From a virus (taxonomy: Duplodnaviria > Caudoviricetes), in IMG/VR virus record IMGVR_UViG_3300032280_000651, positions 1 to 64,000 of that record: DNA of 64,000 nucleotides; one strand, written 5' to 3'. This document shows, one piece after another, positions 49,341 through 59,644 of the stretch. The notes under the pieces are model-generated. The model saw nothing but the letters and a program-made list of their open reading frames with translations, did no database searches and had not been told where the DNA came from. Each line of letters opens with the position of its first letter. Positions within the stretch are counted from its first letter, which is position 1. The position numbers and the translations under genes are program-made.

Positions 49341-50300
49341 TTACAAGTCACTAAAGAAATCGTCTTCGTCTTCGGTAGCTGTTGCAGTTGAAGTAGTATT
49401 TGTGAAACTATCTTCAAATTCAAAGTCTTCTGAAGCTGGTTTAGCAGCATTAGCACTTGGATAAGAAGCTGAAGCTTTACCAGTTAAGAAATTAGAAATT
49501 TCATTGATTTTAGCTTGTTGCTCTTCTGTTAGTTGTTTTGGTGCAAAGTCTTCTAACTCGTTACCTCTGTCAAGTAAAAATTCTTTTACTTTACCTTGTG
49601 CATTTGGATCAATTTTACCATCTACAATTGGAGCGTTTTTGAAAACTGCTTTATCTTTAAAGTAGATTGGTAAAGAAGTAGCTTCTGGTTTGAACATACT
49701 CATTTTGTAATCTGGGTAAGTTTCGTCTCCTGTTTGAATTTCTTTAACAACCAATACGAAATCTTTACCAGCTGATAAATCAAATACGTTACAAGGAACG
49801 CCAGAGATTTCACCATTTTTCTCAGCAGAGATTTTATCTTTAATAGTTTTACCGTATTGGAAGATTAAGATTTTACCAACTAATTCTGGTTGTTGTTCGT
49901 CTTCAACTACTAAAACATAAGAATAGTATTTTTTAGAGTATTTTAATTGTTTTGATTTTTCAATTAAGATTGCATTTTTAGAGTTTTGCATTGTGTAATA
50001 CAAATCTGTTAAAGGACATTTCTCATTAAAGTTTTTAGGTGAATCAAACCATCCACTTAATTCTTTTTGATTTTTGATGTCCACGTAATGCGTTATCTTT
50101 TCAATCGCGGATTGGCCTATCTTTCCTTCTTGAGTTAAGTTAGGTAAAAATCTTACTACTGATCTCCATCCTTTTTTCTTGTCTTTACATTTTGATAAAT
50201 CTACTCTGTAAATTCCGTCATTGTTTGTTGTTTTTGCTTCATTTAAGAAGTCCATTTTGCTGTCTAGGCCGCCATTAAATAAATCGTCAAGTTCGTTCAT
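49341..50300 (-). CDS. T4 gp32-like single-stranded DNA-binding protein
   Basis: VVRFLP, CPL, GKILIFQYGKTI, GKDFVL, YPDY and acidic tail DDFFSDL. Confidence 0.85.
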   Translation of the reverse strand: MNELDDLFNGGLDSKMDFLNEAKTTNNDGIYRVDLSKCKDKKKGWRSVVRFLPNLTQEGKIGQSAIEKITHYVDIKNQKELSGWFDSPKNFNEKCPLTDLYYTMQNSKNAILIEKSKQLKYSKKYYSYVLVVEDEQQPELVGKILIFQYGKTIKDKISAEKNGEISGVPCNVFDLSAGKDFVLVVKEIQTGDETYPDYKMSMFKPEATSLPIYFKDKAVFKNAPIVDGKIDPNAQGKVKEFLLDRGNELEDFAPKQLTEEQQAKINEISNFLTGKASASYPSANAAKPASEDFEFEDSFTNTTSTATATEDEDDFFSDL

Positions 50301-50389
50301 TGCTTTTAATTTTTTTTTCTATATCGGTTTGACCCGATTACTATTTATATGAAAAAATTAAAAAAAGTTTAAAAAAAAGTTATATTTTA

Positions 50390-50551
50390 TTAGGTTATTT
50401 TTAATTTTTTTTGTATATACTCGTCAATTAGTTTTTCAATAACTTTTGACTTGTCATATAGATTTTCATCTATATGTTTTTCAAAAACCTCGTATAGGTC
50501 CGGATCCATACTAAAATATATTTTAATTTTTCGTTTTCCTTTTTCTTTCAT
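50390..50551 (-). CDS. Ribbon-helix-helix protein, 53 aa (not in ORF track)
   Basis: MKEKGKRKIKIYFSMDPDLYEVFEKHIDENLYDKSKVIEKLIDEY. Confidence 0.65.
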   Translation of the reverse strand: MKEKGKRKIKIYFSMDPDLYEVFEKHIDENLYDKSKVIEKLIDEYIQKKLKIT

Positions 50552-50581
50552 AATTCTTTTATATTTTTAATGTTTGTTTGT

Positions 50582-51169
50582 TTAGTCGGAGTATCTATTT
50601 CCTTTAGATAAATTATCAGTTGCCCATAATGGTTGAAAGTTTGTGTATTTATTTAACTCATATACTTGTTCTTCTGTTTCTGCCCAACTTACTGGTGTCT
50701 TATGATCTAAGTGCCATTCTCCTTGGTTATCCCAGGACATTCCTTCAGTAAATAATCCTTCTATATATGATTTAAACTCTTCAAAAGAACATCCCAAAAT
50801 CTCATTAGTTTTTGACCTTTTTGAAAAACCACCATTATAAAATGATATGTATATTAAGTTTCTAATTTTTACGGTTAAATGAAATAAATTATCATTCTTC
50901 TTCCTATTTGAGAGATAAATATTTCTTTTATCTCTATTCCTTATAGAGTATTCCTTATTTCTAGTTTTAATATATTCTCTATTATTGTTGTAATTTAACT
51001 TATTTCTATCTTTAAGTAATTCCTTATTTTCTTGATAGTATTCTTTCATTTTTTCTTTTCTACTATCATTATAGATCTTATTCATCATTTTATTACAATC
51101 TATACATACCGAATACCTTTTAAATTGAGATAACTCCTTTTCTATTTCACATTTACTACACTTTTTCAT
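50582..51169 (-). CDS. HNH-type endonuclease
   Basis: CSKC; WHLDHKTP...NFQPLWATDNLSKG. Confidence 0.8.
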   Translation of the reverse strand: MKKCSKCEIEKELSQFKRYSVCIDCNKMMNKIYNDSRKEKMKEYYQENKELLKDRNKLNYNNNREYIKTRNKEYSIRNRDKRNIYLSNRKKNDNLFHLTVKIRNLIYISFYNGGFSKRSKTNEILGCSFEEFKSYIEGLFTEGMSWDNQGEWHLDHKTPVSWAETEEQVYELNKYTNFQPLWATDNLSKGNRYSD

Positions 51170-51260
51170 ACTATTATATATTAAATAAGTGTTTCTCCCT
51201 TTTCTACTTTTTCTCCCTTATTTAAAAAATAAAAAGTCGAACAAATGTTCGACTTTATTT

Positions 51261-51743
51261 TTAAAACTTCATATCTAATATGAACTCATAACTGATACCT
51301 CTATCATTGTGAGTTAGTTTTACCGTATGTGAAAACTCAGTATGTGGAAACTCTTCTCCAAATATACTTTCATTTTTAAACTCCATTTCTAAGTGTTTGA
51401 GTCCAGTTTCAATGTCAAGAAAGTCTTCTGTTAAAGAGCCAAATACCTTTGCATAACCACCTAATGTTTTATCTTCTTTACTATAATTACCTATAATTCT
51501 ATATCTACCATAAAATCCAATGTGATCTGCTTTATTTACTTTTGATATAGAAGTTTGTGCATCACGATCAAGTGCGGCCACAAAGTGATCATCTAATAAA
51601 TCCTTAGTATCTTCTAAAATCTCATTGAAAATAGTTTTTAGATACAACATATCATAATCCTTTTTAGGTGGTGTTCTATCATCATCATAACCCCAGAGTT
51701 CTCTTGCACTAAATAGTGCTTCGTTATACTTTCTTAATTTCAT
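51261..51743 (-). CDS. Hypothetical protein
   Basis: N-terminus MKLRKYNE. Confidence 0.6.
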   Translation of the reverse strand: MKLRKYNEALFSARELWGYDDDRTPPKKDYDMLYLKTIFNEILEDTKDLLDDHFVAALDRDAQTSISKVNKADHIGFYGRYRIIGNYSKEDKTLGGYAKVFGSLTEDFLDIETGLKHLEMEFKNESIFGEEFPHTEFSHTVKLTHNDRGISYEFILDMKF

Positions 51744-53035
51744 TACTTTAATCTAATACTTTTTATCCTTTCGGTTTGATACTTAGATATATCTATATTT
51801 TTATGTTGATCTAATAAATCAACAATCTTTTGATACATTTGAATTGTGATGCGACAATCTGTAATAGCATCATGATAACCAGACATATTAATTCCAAGTG
51901 CCGGGCCCACTTTACTCATTGAAGATGAAATCAATCCATTATCTCTTGTTGAAGTTCCAATAAAATCTACCATTTTTTGATAAGTTACATCAGTTTCTGC
52001 TAACTTTTGAAGAAGTGGTAAGAAATATAATTGAATTAACATTTTCGTGTCTAAGACTTCATTATTTATTTTATGACCATATCTACCAGATAACATTTGC
52101 ATATCAAATCCCGCGTTCTGTGCAACTAATAAACAAGGTGAGAACTCATTTATCCAATCGAAAAACTCATCTACGATTTGTCTTTCATCTTTATATTTAT
52201 ATCCACCTGAACCATAATGATTAAAACTTAGAATTCTTCTGTTACCACCATCAGGTTGGTTATATCTTGTCTTTAATTCAGATGTTAGTTTTATCTTCTC
52301 ATCAAAAGAACCAATCTCATTAAATGTATTTGAATTGAAATCGTATTCAGTTGCAAGAGCAGAAACTTGTGTTAGTTGTTCGTGTTTAGGTCCTAATAAG
52401 CCGGTAGTTTCCGTGTCTAAAAATAACCAAGGTAGATTAGACTTACTTTTAAGAAATTTTAACATTTCAGGTATAGTTTTATACCACATTTTATTTTCAT
52501 TTACTTTATATAAACTATCTTCTCCTTTATGAGAATATGTTATTTTATCAATTCCATTTATTTCTAATCTTAAATCTTTACAATACTTATCGCCAGTACC
52601 TTTCTTAATATAACCAATTGTTATATGTGGATTAAATGAATGTCTATTATAGTTATGTATATGTTGACTTAAATAAGTATGTATCTTTTTCAAATAAGGA
52701 TTATCTTCAACTTTTATAACTAATATATCATAGTTATTACCTTCAAATACTTCAATGTTCTTAGTGACTACCGTAATTGGTTCATCTTTCACGACTGCAT
52801 CTAAATGTGGTTTAACCTCATCAAATGTTATTGACTTTTTAATTGGATAAAGTAAAGTTAAGTGAGCTCTCTTTTGAAGACCAAATGGTATCTTACCACC
52901 CTGAACATCATAAATGTCTTCTTCGTTAATAATAGATAATATCTCATCCCAGTTAGAAATTGGAAGTTCTAACATTATACAACCATTTTCATATTCAAAT
53001 GATTCAAAAACATTATATTTTATTATGTGGTTCAT
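51743..53035 (-). CDS. 2H phosphoesterase (Acb1/LigT-like) fused to a DEDDh exonuclease
   Basis: HLT and HIT 2H motifs; then LDTETTG, QNAGFD, HDAITDC. Confidence 0.75.
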   Translation of the reverse strand: MNHIIKYNVFESFEYENGCIMLELPISNWDEILSIINEEDIYDVQGGKIPFGLQKRAHLTLLYPIKKSITFDEVKPHLDAVVKDEPITVVTKNIEVFEGNNYDILVIKVEDNPYLKKIHTYLSQHIHNYNRHSFNPHITIGYIKKGTGDKYCKDLRLEINGIDKITYSHKGEDSLYKVNENKMWYKTIPEMLKFLKSKSNLPWLFLDTETTGLLGPKHEQLTQVSALATEYDFNSNTFNEIGSFDEKIKLTSELKTRYNQPDGGNRRILSFNHYGSGGYKYKDERQIVDEFFDWINEFSPCLLVAQNAGFDMQMLSGRYGHKINNEVLDTKMLIQLYFLPLLQKLAETDVTYQKMVDFIGTSTRDNGLISSSMSKVGPALGINMSGYHDAITDCRITIQMYQKIVDLLDQHKNIDISKYQTERIKSIRLK

Positions 53036-53370
53036 TATTTCTTTACTTTACCTTGTTTCTTTTCATAATCTAAATCAAACTTAACTTTTGGTTTAGGTTC
53101 TGGTGCAAATGGTCCAATAAGATTCTTTAGGTTCCAAGATGGAATAAATTTCTTATTGTGTTTCTCGAAATCTTCATAAGATTCAATCCCAGTATCAATA
53201 GGATTTTGAATATAATCTATATTCGCTCCTTGTTTATTCATATCAGATATTCTGTTACCAATGTCAGTACTTGCAGACACCTTCATAACTTTTTTTAACT
53301 GATCTACCGATTGTTGTCTAGGAAGTGCTTCATTCACTTCATCAAACTCATTAAATTTTAATATTTTCAT
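53035..53370 (-). CDS. Hypothetical protein
   Basis: N-terminus MKILKFNEF; TATATA motif upstream. Confidence 0.6.
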   Translation of the reverse strand: MKILKFNEFDEVNEALPRQQSVDQLKKVMKVSASTDIGNRISDMNKQGANIDYIQNPIDTGIESYEDFEKHNKKFIPSWNLKNLIGPFAPEPKPKVKFDLDYEKKQGKVKK

Positions 53371-53425
53371 AATGTTATATATTAAAATCTATAACTAAAA
53401 AACCCACTCGAAAGTGGGTTGGTTT

Positions 53426-54385
53426 TTAGAAGTCTTCATTAAGATTGTCAAAGTCAATTACTTTGTCAGAAACTTTTTGATAATCACCATTTCTTTTTTC
53501 AAAGAAATTAACTTTGCCTTGTAATGAAAGCATTTCCATAAAGTCAAATGGATTTTCAGAGTTATAAACTTTAGAACAACCTAATTCAACTAACCAGAAG
53601 TCAGCAACGAACTCAATATATTGTGACATAAGTTTTTCATTCATACCAATCAAAGATACTGGTAATGAATCTGAAATAAATTCTTTCTCAATTTCCACCG
53701 CATCACAAATGATTTCTTTAATTCTTTCTTCTGAAACTTTGTTTTGAATATATTTGTTATGTAACAAACAAGCAAATTGACAGTGTAAAGCCTCATCTCT
53801 AGAAATCAACTCATTAGAGAAAGATAATCCAGGCATTAAACCTCTTTTCTTTAACCAGAAAATTGCACAGAATGATCCAGAGAAGAAAATACCTTCTACT
53901 GCAGCAAACGCAATTAATCTTTCTGCAAATGATTCAGAATCTATCCATTTTAAAGCCCATTTAGCTTTCTTTTGAACTGATGGTACAGTATCGATTGCAT
54001 TAAATAAACGGTCTTTCTCATCATTATCTTTAATATAAGTATCAATCAATAAAGAGTAAGTTTCAGAGTGTACATTCTCCATAGCAATTTGAAAACCATA
54101 AAATGATTTTGCTTCTGGATATTGTACTTCTTTTAAGAAGTTTTCTGCTAAGTTTTCATTTACGATACCATCTGATGCCGCAAAGAAAGCTAATACGTTT
54201 TTAATGTAATGTCTTTCATTATCATTTAATTTTTCTTCCCAGTCTGTAATGTCTTGAGATAAATCGATTTCCTCGCTAGTCCAAAATGAATGCTCCTCGG
54301 TTTTATAAAGTTCCCAAATGTCGTGATACTTCAAAGGAAAAATTACAAATCTACCAGGATTCTCTTTTAAAATATGTTCTTCCAT
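53426..54385 (-). CDS. nrdB: Class Ia ribonucleotide reductase beta subunit
   Basis: [34 protein letters not shown]. Confidence 0.95.
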   Translation of the reverse strand: MEEHILKENPGRFVIFPLKYHDIWELYKTEEHSFWTSEEIDLSQDITDWEEKLNDNERHYIKNVLAFFAASDGIVNENLAENFLKEVQYPEAKSFYGFQIAMENVHSETYSLLIDTYIKDNDEKDRLFNAIDTVPSVQKKAKWALKWIDSESFAERLIAFAAVEGIFFSGSFCAIFWLKKRGLMPGLSFSNELISRDEALHCQFACLLHNKYIQNKVSEERIKEIICDAVEIEKEFISDSLPVSLIGMNEKLMSQYIEFVADFWLVELGCSKVYNSENPFDFMEMLSLQGKVNFFEKRNGDYQKVSDKVIDFDNLNEDF

Positions 54386-54390
54386 AATAA

Positions 54391-55326
54391 TTATTTATTT
54401 ATTTTATTTATATTATATAATTTTTTATTAATTTGTTTGATAAAATCATCCTCCCATATGGTAATTAAATTATATCCCTTACTTCTAAGAAAATCCTCTC
54501 TTCTTATAGTTTTTTTATATAGATCAACAAATGTTTCTTTAGACTTATGATTTATATCACCTTTATATAATTTATTAGGATTTCCATGCCAGTAATCACC
54601 ATAAAACTCATAAATTGTATTTGTTTCCGGTATATAAGCATCAAACTTAAATAGTTTATCATCTATTATAATTCTCTTATTTCTATATTTTTTATCAATT
54701 CCTAAATAATCTAACCAATCGTTTTCTAATTTAGATGAATTACTCCACTGACAATCAGGACAACCTCTACCTCTTAAATGTGAATTTGGAGTTTGTTGAA
54801 AATCTCCATGTTTAGTACAACTTATATTTATTGGAATATGAGCACCTTTATATTCATCGTTATAATTATATTTGTAACTATGTACTTTATTTGCCTGCTC
54901 TACAAACTTACTATTGGACTTATTTTCTTTTTTTGGTGTACAACCTCTACACCCAAATCCTTTTAAATGAGATTGTGGAGTTTGTTGAAAGTCTCCATGT
55001 ATAGGACAAACAATGGTAACTGGAGTTTTATTACTTTTATAGATAACTTTATCATAATTATATTTATTCTGATGTATTCTAGACGCATCAAATATAAAGG
55101 AGTCTATAATTTTTCTACTAGAATCTGACGATTTTATAAATCCACATTTTGGACATCCAATTCCTTGTAAGTGAGAGTATGGTTTTTGTTCAAACTCACC
55201 ATGTAGAGGACATATAATTTTAATTTTTGTTCGAGCATTCTTATATTCTTCAACATAATCATAAAAGTTATTATGTAAAGTATTTGATCTCTTTAAGAAA
55301 TCATCGTTTGTTAGTTTTCTAGCCAT
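54391..55326 (-). CDS. Zinc-ribbon repeat (DUF723-like) protein with Vsr-like nuclease domain
   Basis: Three CPxHGxFxQ...HLxGxGCxxC repeats; EFYGDYWHG. Confidence 0.75.
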   Translation of the reverse strand: MARKLTNDDFLKRSNTLHNNFYDYVEEYKNARTKIKIICPLHGEFEQKPYSHLQGIGCPKCGFIKSSDSSRKIIDSFIFDASRIHQNKYNYDKVIYKSNKTPVTIVCPIHGDFQQTPQSHLKGFGCRGCTPKKENKSNSKFVEQANKVHSYKYNYNDEYKGAHIPINISCTKHGDFQQTPNSHLRGRGCPDCQWSNSSKLENDWLDYLGIDKKYRNKRIIIDDKLFKFDAYIPETNTIYEFYGDYWHGNPNKLYKGDINHKSKETFVDLYKKTIRREDFLRSKGYNLITIWEDDFIKQINKKLYNINKINK

Positions 55327-55344
55327 AGATTATATATAAAAAGT

Positions 55345-55423
55345 GAAAACACCGAGTAGCGAATTCGGTGTTTTCTTAGTCTGCCTCGGTTTGCGAAGTA
55401 ACTATTACGGGTCCTAAGCCGTA
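55345..55423 (-). ncRNA. Candidate structured cis-regulatory RNA plus terminator
   Basis: GC-rich intergenic: TACGG/CCGTA hairpin, TAGTT..CTTCG/CGAGG..GACTA hairpin, GAAAACACCGA/TCGGTGTTTTC hairpin. Confidence 0.4.
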
Positions 55424-55427
55424 TATT

Positions 55428-56303
55428 TTAATAAAAGTGTCCGTATAGTGAATAAAGTTTTCTTTCCAACTTTTTACCTTGTTTATTAATCCAATTATCA
55501 TAGAACTTTATACCTCTTTTTGGTATATAAGTTTTACCATCATCTTCTAAATCTTCTTTATTAAAGAACTTTTTTATCATATGTCCCATAAATTTAAACT
55601 TTCTAAATGGGCCAGATGTTGCAGCATCTAACTCTTTTTTATTTTGTTCAATTATCCAAAAAAATTTATTTATTTGATTTTTTGTAAATTTTCTAAAGTG
55701 TTTTTCACAACTAAATTCTTTCATCATTTCAGCATCTATGAATCCCGGAGTAGATTGTATGATCCATTTAAAATCATCATTGGTGTTCTTACTACCAAAA
55801 TTAGTAAATTTTTTAAGTTTATTTTTAACTTCTTCAAATGTTTCAATTACAGTTGAGTTTATTTCCTCATCATTTGCCATATAAATAATATAGAAAAAAT
55901 CCCTAATATCTTCATCTTTATGAAATGGTAAGGTTTTTAAATAATTAAGATTTTTTATAGAAGCTACTTTACCTATTTTTGTTAATCTAAATGCATGATT
56001 TAACTCATGTTTAAAGGTGGAAATATCTGCACTCGGTGTCAAACTTATCTTAATAAACCATTTACCATTACTAAGTTTTCTAGACTTTGATACATCCAAA
56101 GAACCTGATACATTTGGATTAAGCCTATTTTTCCTAATATTTACTACTAACTCTTGAAAATCAAGATTTGTTTTACCATTATTTATAAAACTAATAACAC
56201 CTTCACCTTTTTCTTTTATTTTTGGAAAAAGTTCTTCAGCTAATTGATCTACATCTTTATTTATGTGTAAAGCTTCGTTAAATGAGTTAAATCTTTTAAT
56301 CAT
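55428..56303 (-). CDS. Hypothetical protein with HExxH motif
   Basis: FKHELNHAF; N-terminus MIKRFNSFNE. Confidence 0.6.
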   Translation of the reverse strand: MIKRFNSFNEALHINKDVDQLAEELFPKIKEKGEGVISFINNGKTNLDFQELVVNIRKNRLNPNVSGSLDVSKSRKLSNGKWFIKISLTPSADISTFKHELNHAFRLTKIGKVASIKNLNYLKTLPFHKDEDIRDFFYIIYMANDEEINSTVIETFEEVKNKLKKFTNFGSKNTNDDFKWIIQSTPGFIDAEMMKEFSCEKHFRKFTKNQINKFFWIIEQNKKELDAATSGPFRKFKFMGHMIKKFFNKEDLEDDGKTYIPKRGIKFYDNWINKQGKKLERKLYSLYGHFY

Positions 56304-56402
56304 AAATTATATATTAAAAAATAAAAATAACAATTCAACTTTTATCAAAAATAACATAAAACATAAGTAAATAATTTATTGTCTAATTAAAAAACCAAAA
56401 CA

Positions 56403-56708
56403 ATGGTAAAACATGAAATTAAAGTAGAGTTGTCTGACTCTACAACAATCCAACAAATTATCGAGAAAGCTTACTTTGAAGAAGGTTTCAAAGGAAAAAT
56501 CTTAGGTAAAAAACACTTCTTAACAATAGACGAAAGTGACGAAATTAATCACACCATTTTTAAAGGACTTAACAATGCAACCGTTAAGATAACCAACGAA
56601 ATTATTGATGGTTCAATGAGATTTATGGTTGACGAAACCGAAGGTGAAGTAAGACTTTATCCTATCTCAATCTATTGTGTTAAAGAAGAAAAATACTCTT
56701 TCTATTAA
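56403..56708 (+). CDS. Hypothetical protein
   Basis: 101 aa ORF. Confidence 0.6.
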   Translation: MVKHEIKVELSDSTTIQQIIEKAYFEEGFKGKILGKKHFLTIDESDEINHTIFKGLNNATVKITNEIIDGSMRFMVDETEGEVRLYPISIYCVKEEKYSFY

Positions 56709-56711
56709 TAT

Positions 56712-57731
56712 ATGAAAAAATTCGACTGGAATGACATTACAATAATACCAGATACACTGAGTACTATTGCATCTCGTAGTGAGATAAATCCATTACAAAA
56801 TGGAAAGCTTCCTATCTTTACTGCACCAATGGATATGGTTATTGACGAAAATAACATATCTACTTTTGAAGATAATTATACCAACATTTGTTTACCAAGA
56901 AATGTTAAATATGATAATCTTAAAAATAATAACTACTTCTATTCTTACGGACTTGATGAAATGATTGAGTTGTTTGAGTCCGGTGAGGAAATGCCTAAGA
57001 AAGTGCTAATCGATGTGGCGAACGGCCATATGTTTAAGCTGTGGGAGATATCCAAAAGAATAAAAGAAAAATTTGGTAACGAAATTGAACTAATGGTTGG
57101 TAACATTGCCAACCCAGAAACTTACAGAAAATACTGTGAGATTGGAGTTGATTGGATTAGAGTTGGTATTGGTGGAGGATCTGCTTGTACTACTTCCGCG
57201 AATGTTTCAATACATTTTCCAATGGCATCATTAGTAAATGAATGTTACGAAATCTCAAAAGAGTTTGACAATCCTACTAAGATCTTAGCAGACGGTGGAT
57301 TTAGAAACTTCTCTGATATAATCAAAGCTTTGGCACTTGGTGCTCATGCCATTATGTTAGGTGGAGTGTTTAACAAATGTTTAGAAAGTTGTTCTGATAA
57401 CTTTTTAAAGGATTCTACCGGTGTATTTCACTTAATAACAGAAGAACAAGCAATCACTAACTTTAGTGAGGGTATTGATGTTTGGAAGTATTATAGAGGA
57501 ATGTCGACAAAAGAAGTTCAAAAAGCTTGGGAAAGAAAAGAACTTAAAACTGGTGAGGGAATTTCTAAATACAATAAAGTAGAATATACTTTAGCTGGAT
57601 GGAAAGAAAACTTTACCGATTATTTAAGATCTGCAATGTCTTACTCAAATAGTAGAACTTTAGAAGAATTTATTGGTAAAGCAAACTGGGTTAAAATATC
57701 ACAGAATGCTTTTAATAGATTCAATAAATAG
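56712..57731 (+). CDS. guaC: GMP reductase (IMPDH/GMPR family)
   Basis: APMD, IDVANGH, VGIGGGSACTT, ADGG, YYRGMST. Confidence 0.85.
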   Translation: MKKFDWNDITIIPDTLSTIASRSEINPLQNGKLPIFTAPMDMVIDENNISTFEDNYTNICLPRNVKYDNLKNNNYFYSYGLDEMIELFESGEEMPKKVLIDVANGHMFKLWEISKRIKEKFGNEIELMVGNIANPETYRKYCEIGVDWIRVGIGGGSACTTSANVSIHFPMASLVNECYEISKEFDNPTKILADGGFRNFSDIIKALALGAHAIMLGGVFNKCLESCSDNFLKDSTGVFHLITEEQAITNFSEGIDVWKYYRGMSTKEVQKAWERKELKTGEGISKYNKVEYTLAGWKENFTDYLRSAMSYSNSRTLEEFIGKANWVKISQNAFNRFNK

Positions 57732-57770
57732 TAAAAAACCACTCATATGAGTGGTTTTCTTATTCTTTAT

Positions 57771-57851
57771 CTAAGAAAAAGTAAAACACATCTCGATATA
57801 ATCAGTGTCTAATTCTTCTGTACTTTCAAAAATTCTTTTTAAATGTTTCAT
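57771..57851 (-). pseudogene. 26-aa truncated remnant with the late N-terminal motif
   Basis: MKHLKRIFESTEELDTDYIEMCFTFS* behind a TATATA motif. Confidence 0.4.
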
Positions 57852-57861
57852 AAATTATATA

Positions 57862-58563
57862 TTAAATATCAATTTCATTTTTATATCTCCATATGAAACC
57901 ACCTGCGGATTTATACTTACCTTTACAACATTTCATTATATTTGATCTTACTATATTTGTCTTTCTCTCAGCATCTCTAATAGATGGATACTCATTAATA
58001 TAATTCATATCTTTATCATATTGAATTATACCTTTACACTTTTGTATTAAAATATCAGTTAATTTCTGTTCCTCTGTTTTAGAGTCCTCATATCTCTTAT
58101 TAGATATCCTTAACTTATTTCTCTCTTCTTCTTTTTGAAATCTCTCTTTTGATTTTATACTAAAATTTTTCTTCGCTTTATCAGTATGTACTAATTTAAA
58201 ATTTCTATTTTTCGCAGACTCGGACATCTTTCTTTTAGTTTCTTCGGACATCTTCTTATTTTTATTACCACCACTTGCGGAGTTGGTTAAATCACAACCA
58301 ATACTTCTATAATAATCTATATAGTATATCTCCTTTAAACAACAATCTTCATAAGATGATATGTTATCTTCAATAGATTCTATTATAGGTTTTAATCCTT
58401 GTGATTTTAATTTCCTTATCCAGTTACATTTGTGAGATTTGCTAGGTTCACTCATATGAGATCCTAGTCGTTGTTTGAGTGTATTAAAGGTCAATCCAAT
58501 GTATCTAATTTCATTAGATACCGGATCAATTAGTTTGTATATTGTATATTTAATTTCTTCCAT
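57862..58563 (-). CDS. GIY-YIG homing endonuclease with NUMOD motifs
   Basis: TIYKL...RYIGLT...RL..H; AGGFIWRY. Confidence 0.85.
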   Translation of the reverse strand: MEEIKYTIYKLIDPVSNEIRYIGLTFNTLKQRLGSHMSEPSKSHKCNWIRKLKSQGLKPIIESIEDNISSYEDCCLKEIYYIDYYRSIGCDLTNSASGGNKNKKMSEETKRKMSESAKNRNFKLVHTDKAKKNFSIKSKERFQKEEERNKLRISNKRYEDSKTEEQKLTDILIQKCKGIIQYDKDMNYINEYPSIRDAERKTNIVRSNIMKCCKGKYKSAGGFIWRYKNEIDI

Positions 58564-58608
58564 ATACTATATATAAAAATTCTAACTCCCCCTAGTAGTC
58601 TAATAGAA

Positions 58609-59388
58609 TTATCTCTTGACCATTATAAAAAAACTTGAATTAGATTGTCCTTTGATTTCTTCCTCAACCTCTTTTACTTCTGCTTGACCTTGTGTAACTA
58701 AATTAGCATGGTTGATTTTTACTGAACCTGGAAGTGTAAAATCATACATTCCTAACATATTTCCTAATTGAACTTTAGTCCAACCAACAACATACTTATA
58801 AAACAAATCATCTTTAAATAAATTTTCTTGTGGGATATTAGCATATCCTTCGATAATTACATCATTTTCAACTTTAGTTAAAATATGTAATCTATGATTT
58901 AGTTGATTGAATGAATATCTAAGTGTGTATTTATTTAATTGGTTCAACATATCAGACATATTATCTAACATTGTTTTATAAACCCCTAACTCTCCAATTG
59001 TTGTAACATAAGAAGATAGGTAAGGTTGATTAGTAACTCCTAAGTTTACTGATAAGTTTGGTGTATTTATACCTAATTGAAAAAGAGACGCTCCTTTAAC
59101 TTCATATAGATAAACAACTGATTGTATTTCACAAGGAACGGTTACATAATTATATTTAGTAAATTCTTCTGCAGTAAAAGCTTCTTTTCTAATAAGGAAA
59201 TACATTTTTTGAACTGCATATTGATACCATCTATAAAAATAAGGAAGTGCCCTAGATTCAATTATTTGACGTATATTTGCATCTGGCATTGTTTTAGGTA
59301 AAGCACACGATACACTTATTTCCGTTTGAATTGTATCAATAAATTCTTCTATTGTTAAACCACCTTGAAAAGGAATATAATCAGCCAT
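58609..59388 (-). CDS. T4 gp13-like neck protein
   Basis: QLGNMLGMYDFTLPGSVKIN...QGQAEVKEVEEEI. Confidence 0.75.
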   Translation of the reverse strand: MADYIPFQGGLTIEEFIDTIQTEISVSCALPKTMPDANIRQIIESRALPYFYRWYQYAVQKMYFLIRKEAFTAEEFTKYNYVTVPCEIQSVVYLYEVKGASLFQLGINTPNLSVNLGVTNQPYLSSYVTTIGELGVYKTMLDNMSDMLNQLNKYTLRYSFNQLNHRLHILTKVENDVIIEGYANIPQENLFKDDLFYKYVVGWTKVQLGNMLGMYDFTLPGSVKINHANLVTQGQAEVKEVEEEIKGQSNSSFFIMVKR

Positions 59389-59460
59389 AAAAATTTTTAA
59401 TATTTATTGTATATATTAAAATTTTATATTATCTTTGTATCACTAAAAAAGATAGAAACT

Positions 59461-59631
59461 ATGGCAACAATTGGTAAAATAACAAAAGAACAAATCATCA
59501 AATCTAGAAAGAAAGCTTCAAGAGAAATGGAGATCGAGGCTAATGCTGGTTGGGTTGCTACTCATAAAGTACATAAATCTCAAAAAGACTATAATAGAAA
59601 ACCTAAACATAGAAATAGAACTGATTTCTAA
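59461..59631 (+). CDS. Small basic protein
   Basis: 56 aa from ATG 59461; TATCTTTG upstream. Confidence 0.6.
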   Translation: MATIGKITKEQIIKSRKKASREMEIEANAGWVATHKVHKSQKDYNRKPKHRNRTDF

Positions 59632-59644
59632 TAAAAAGGCCATA

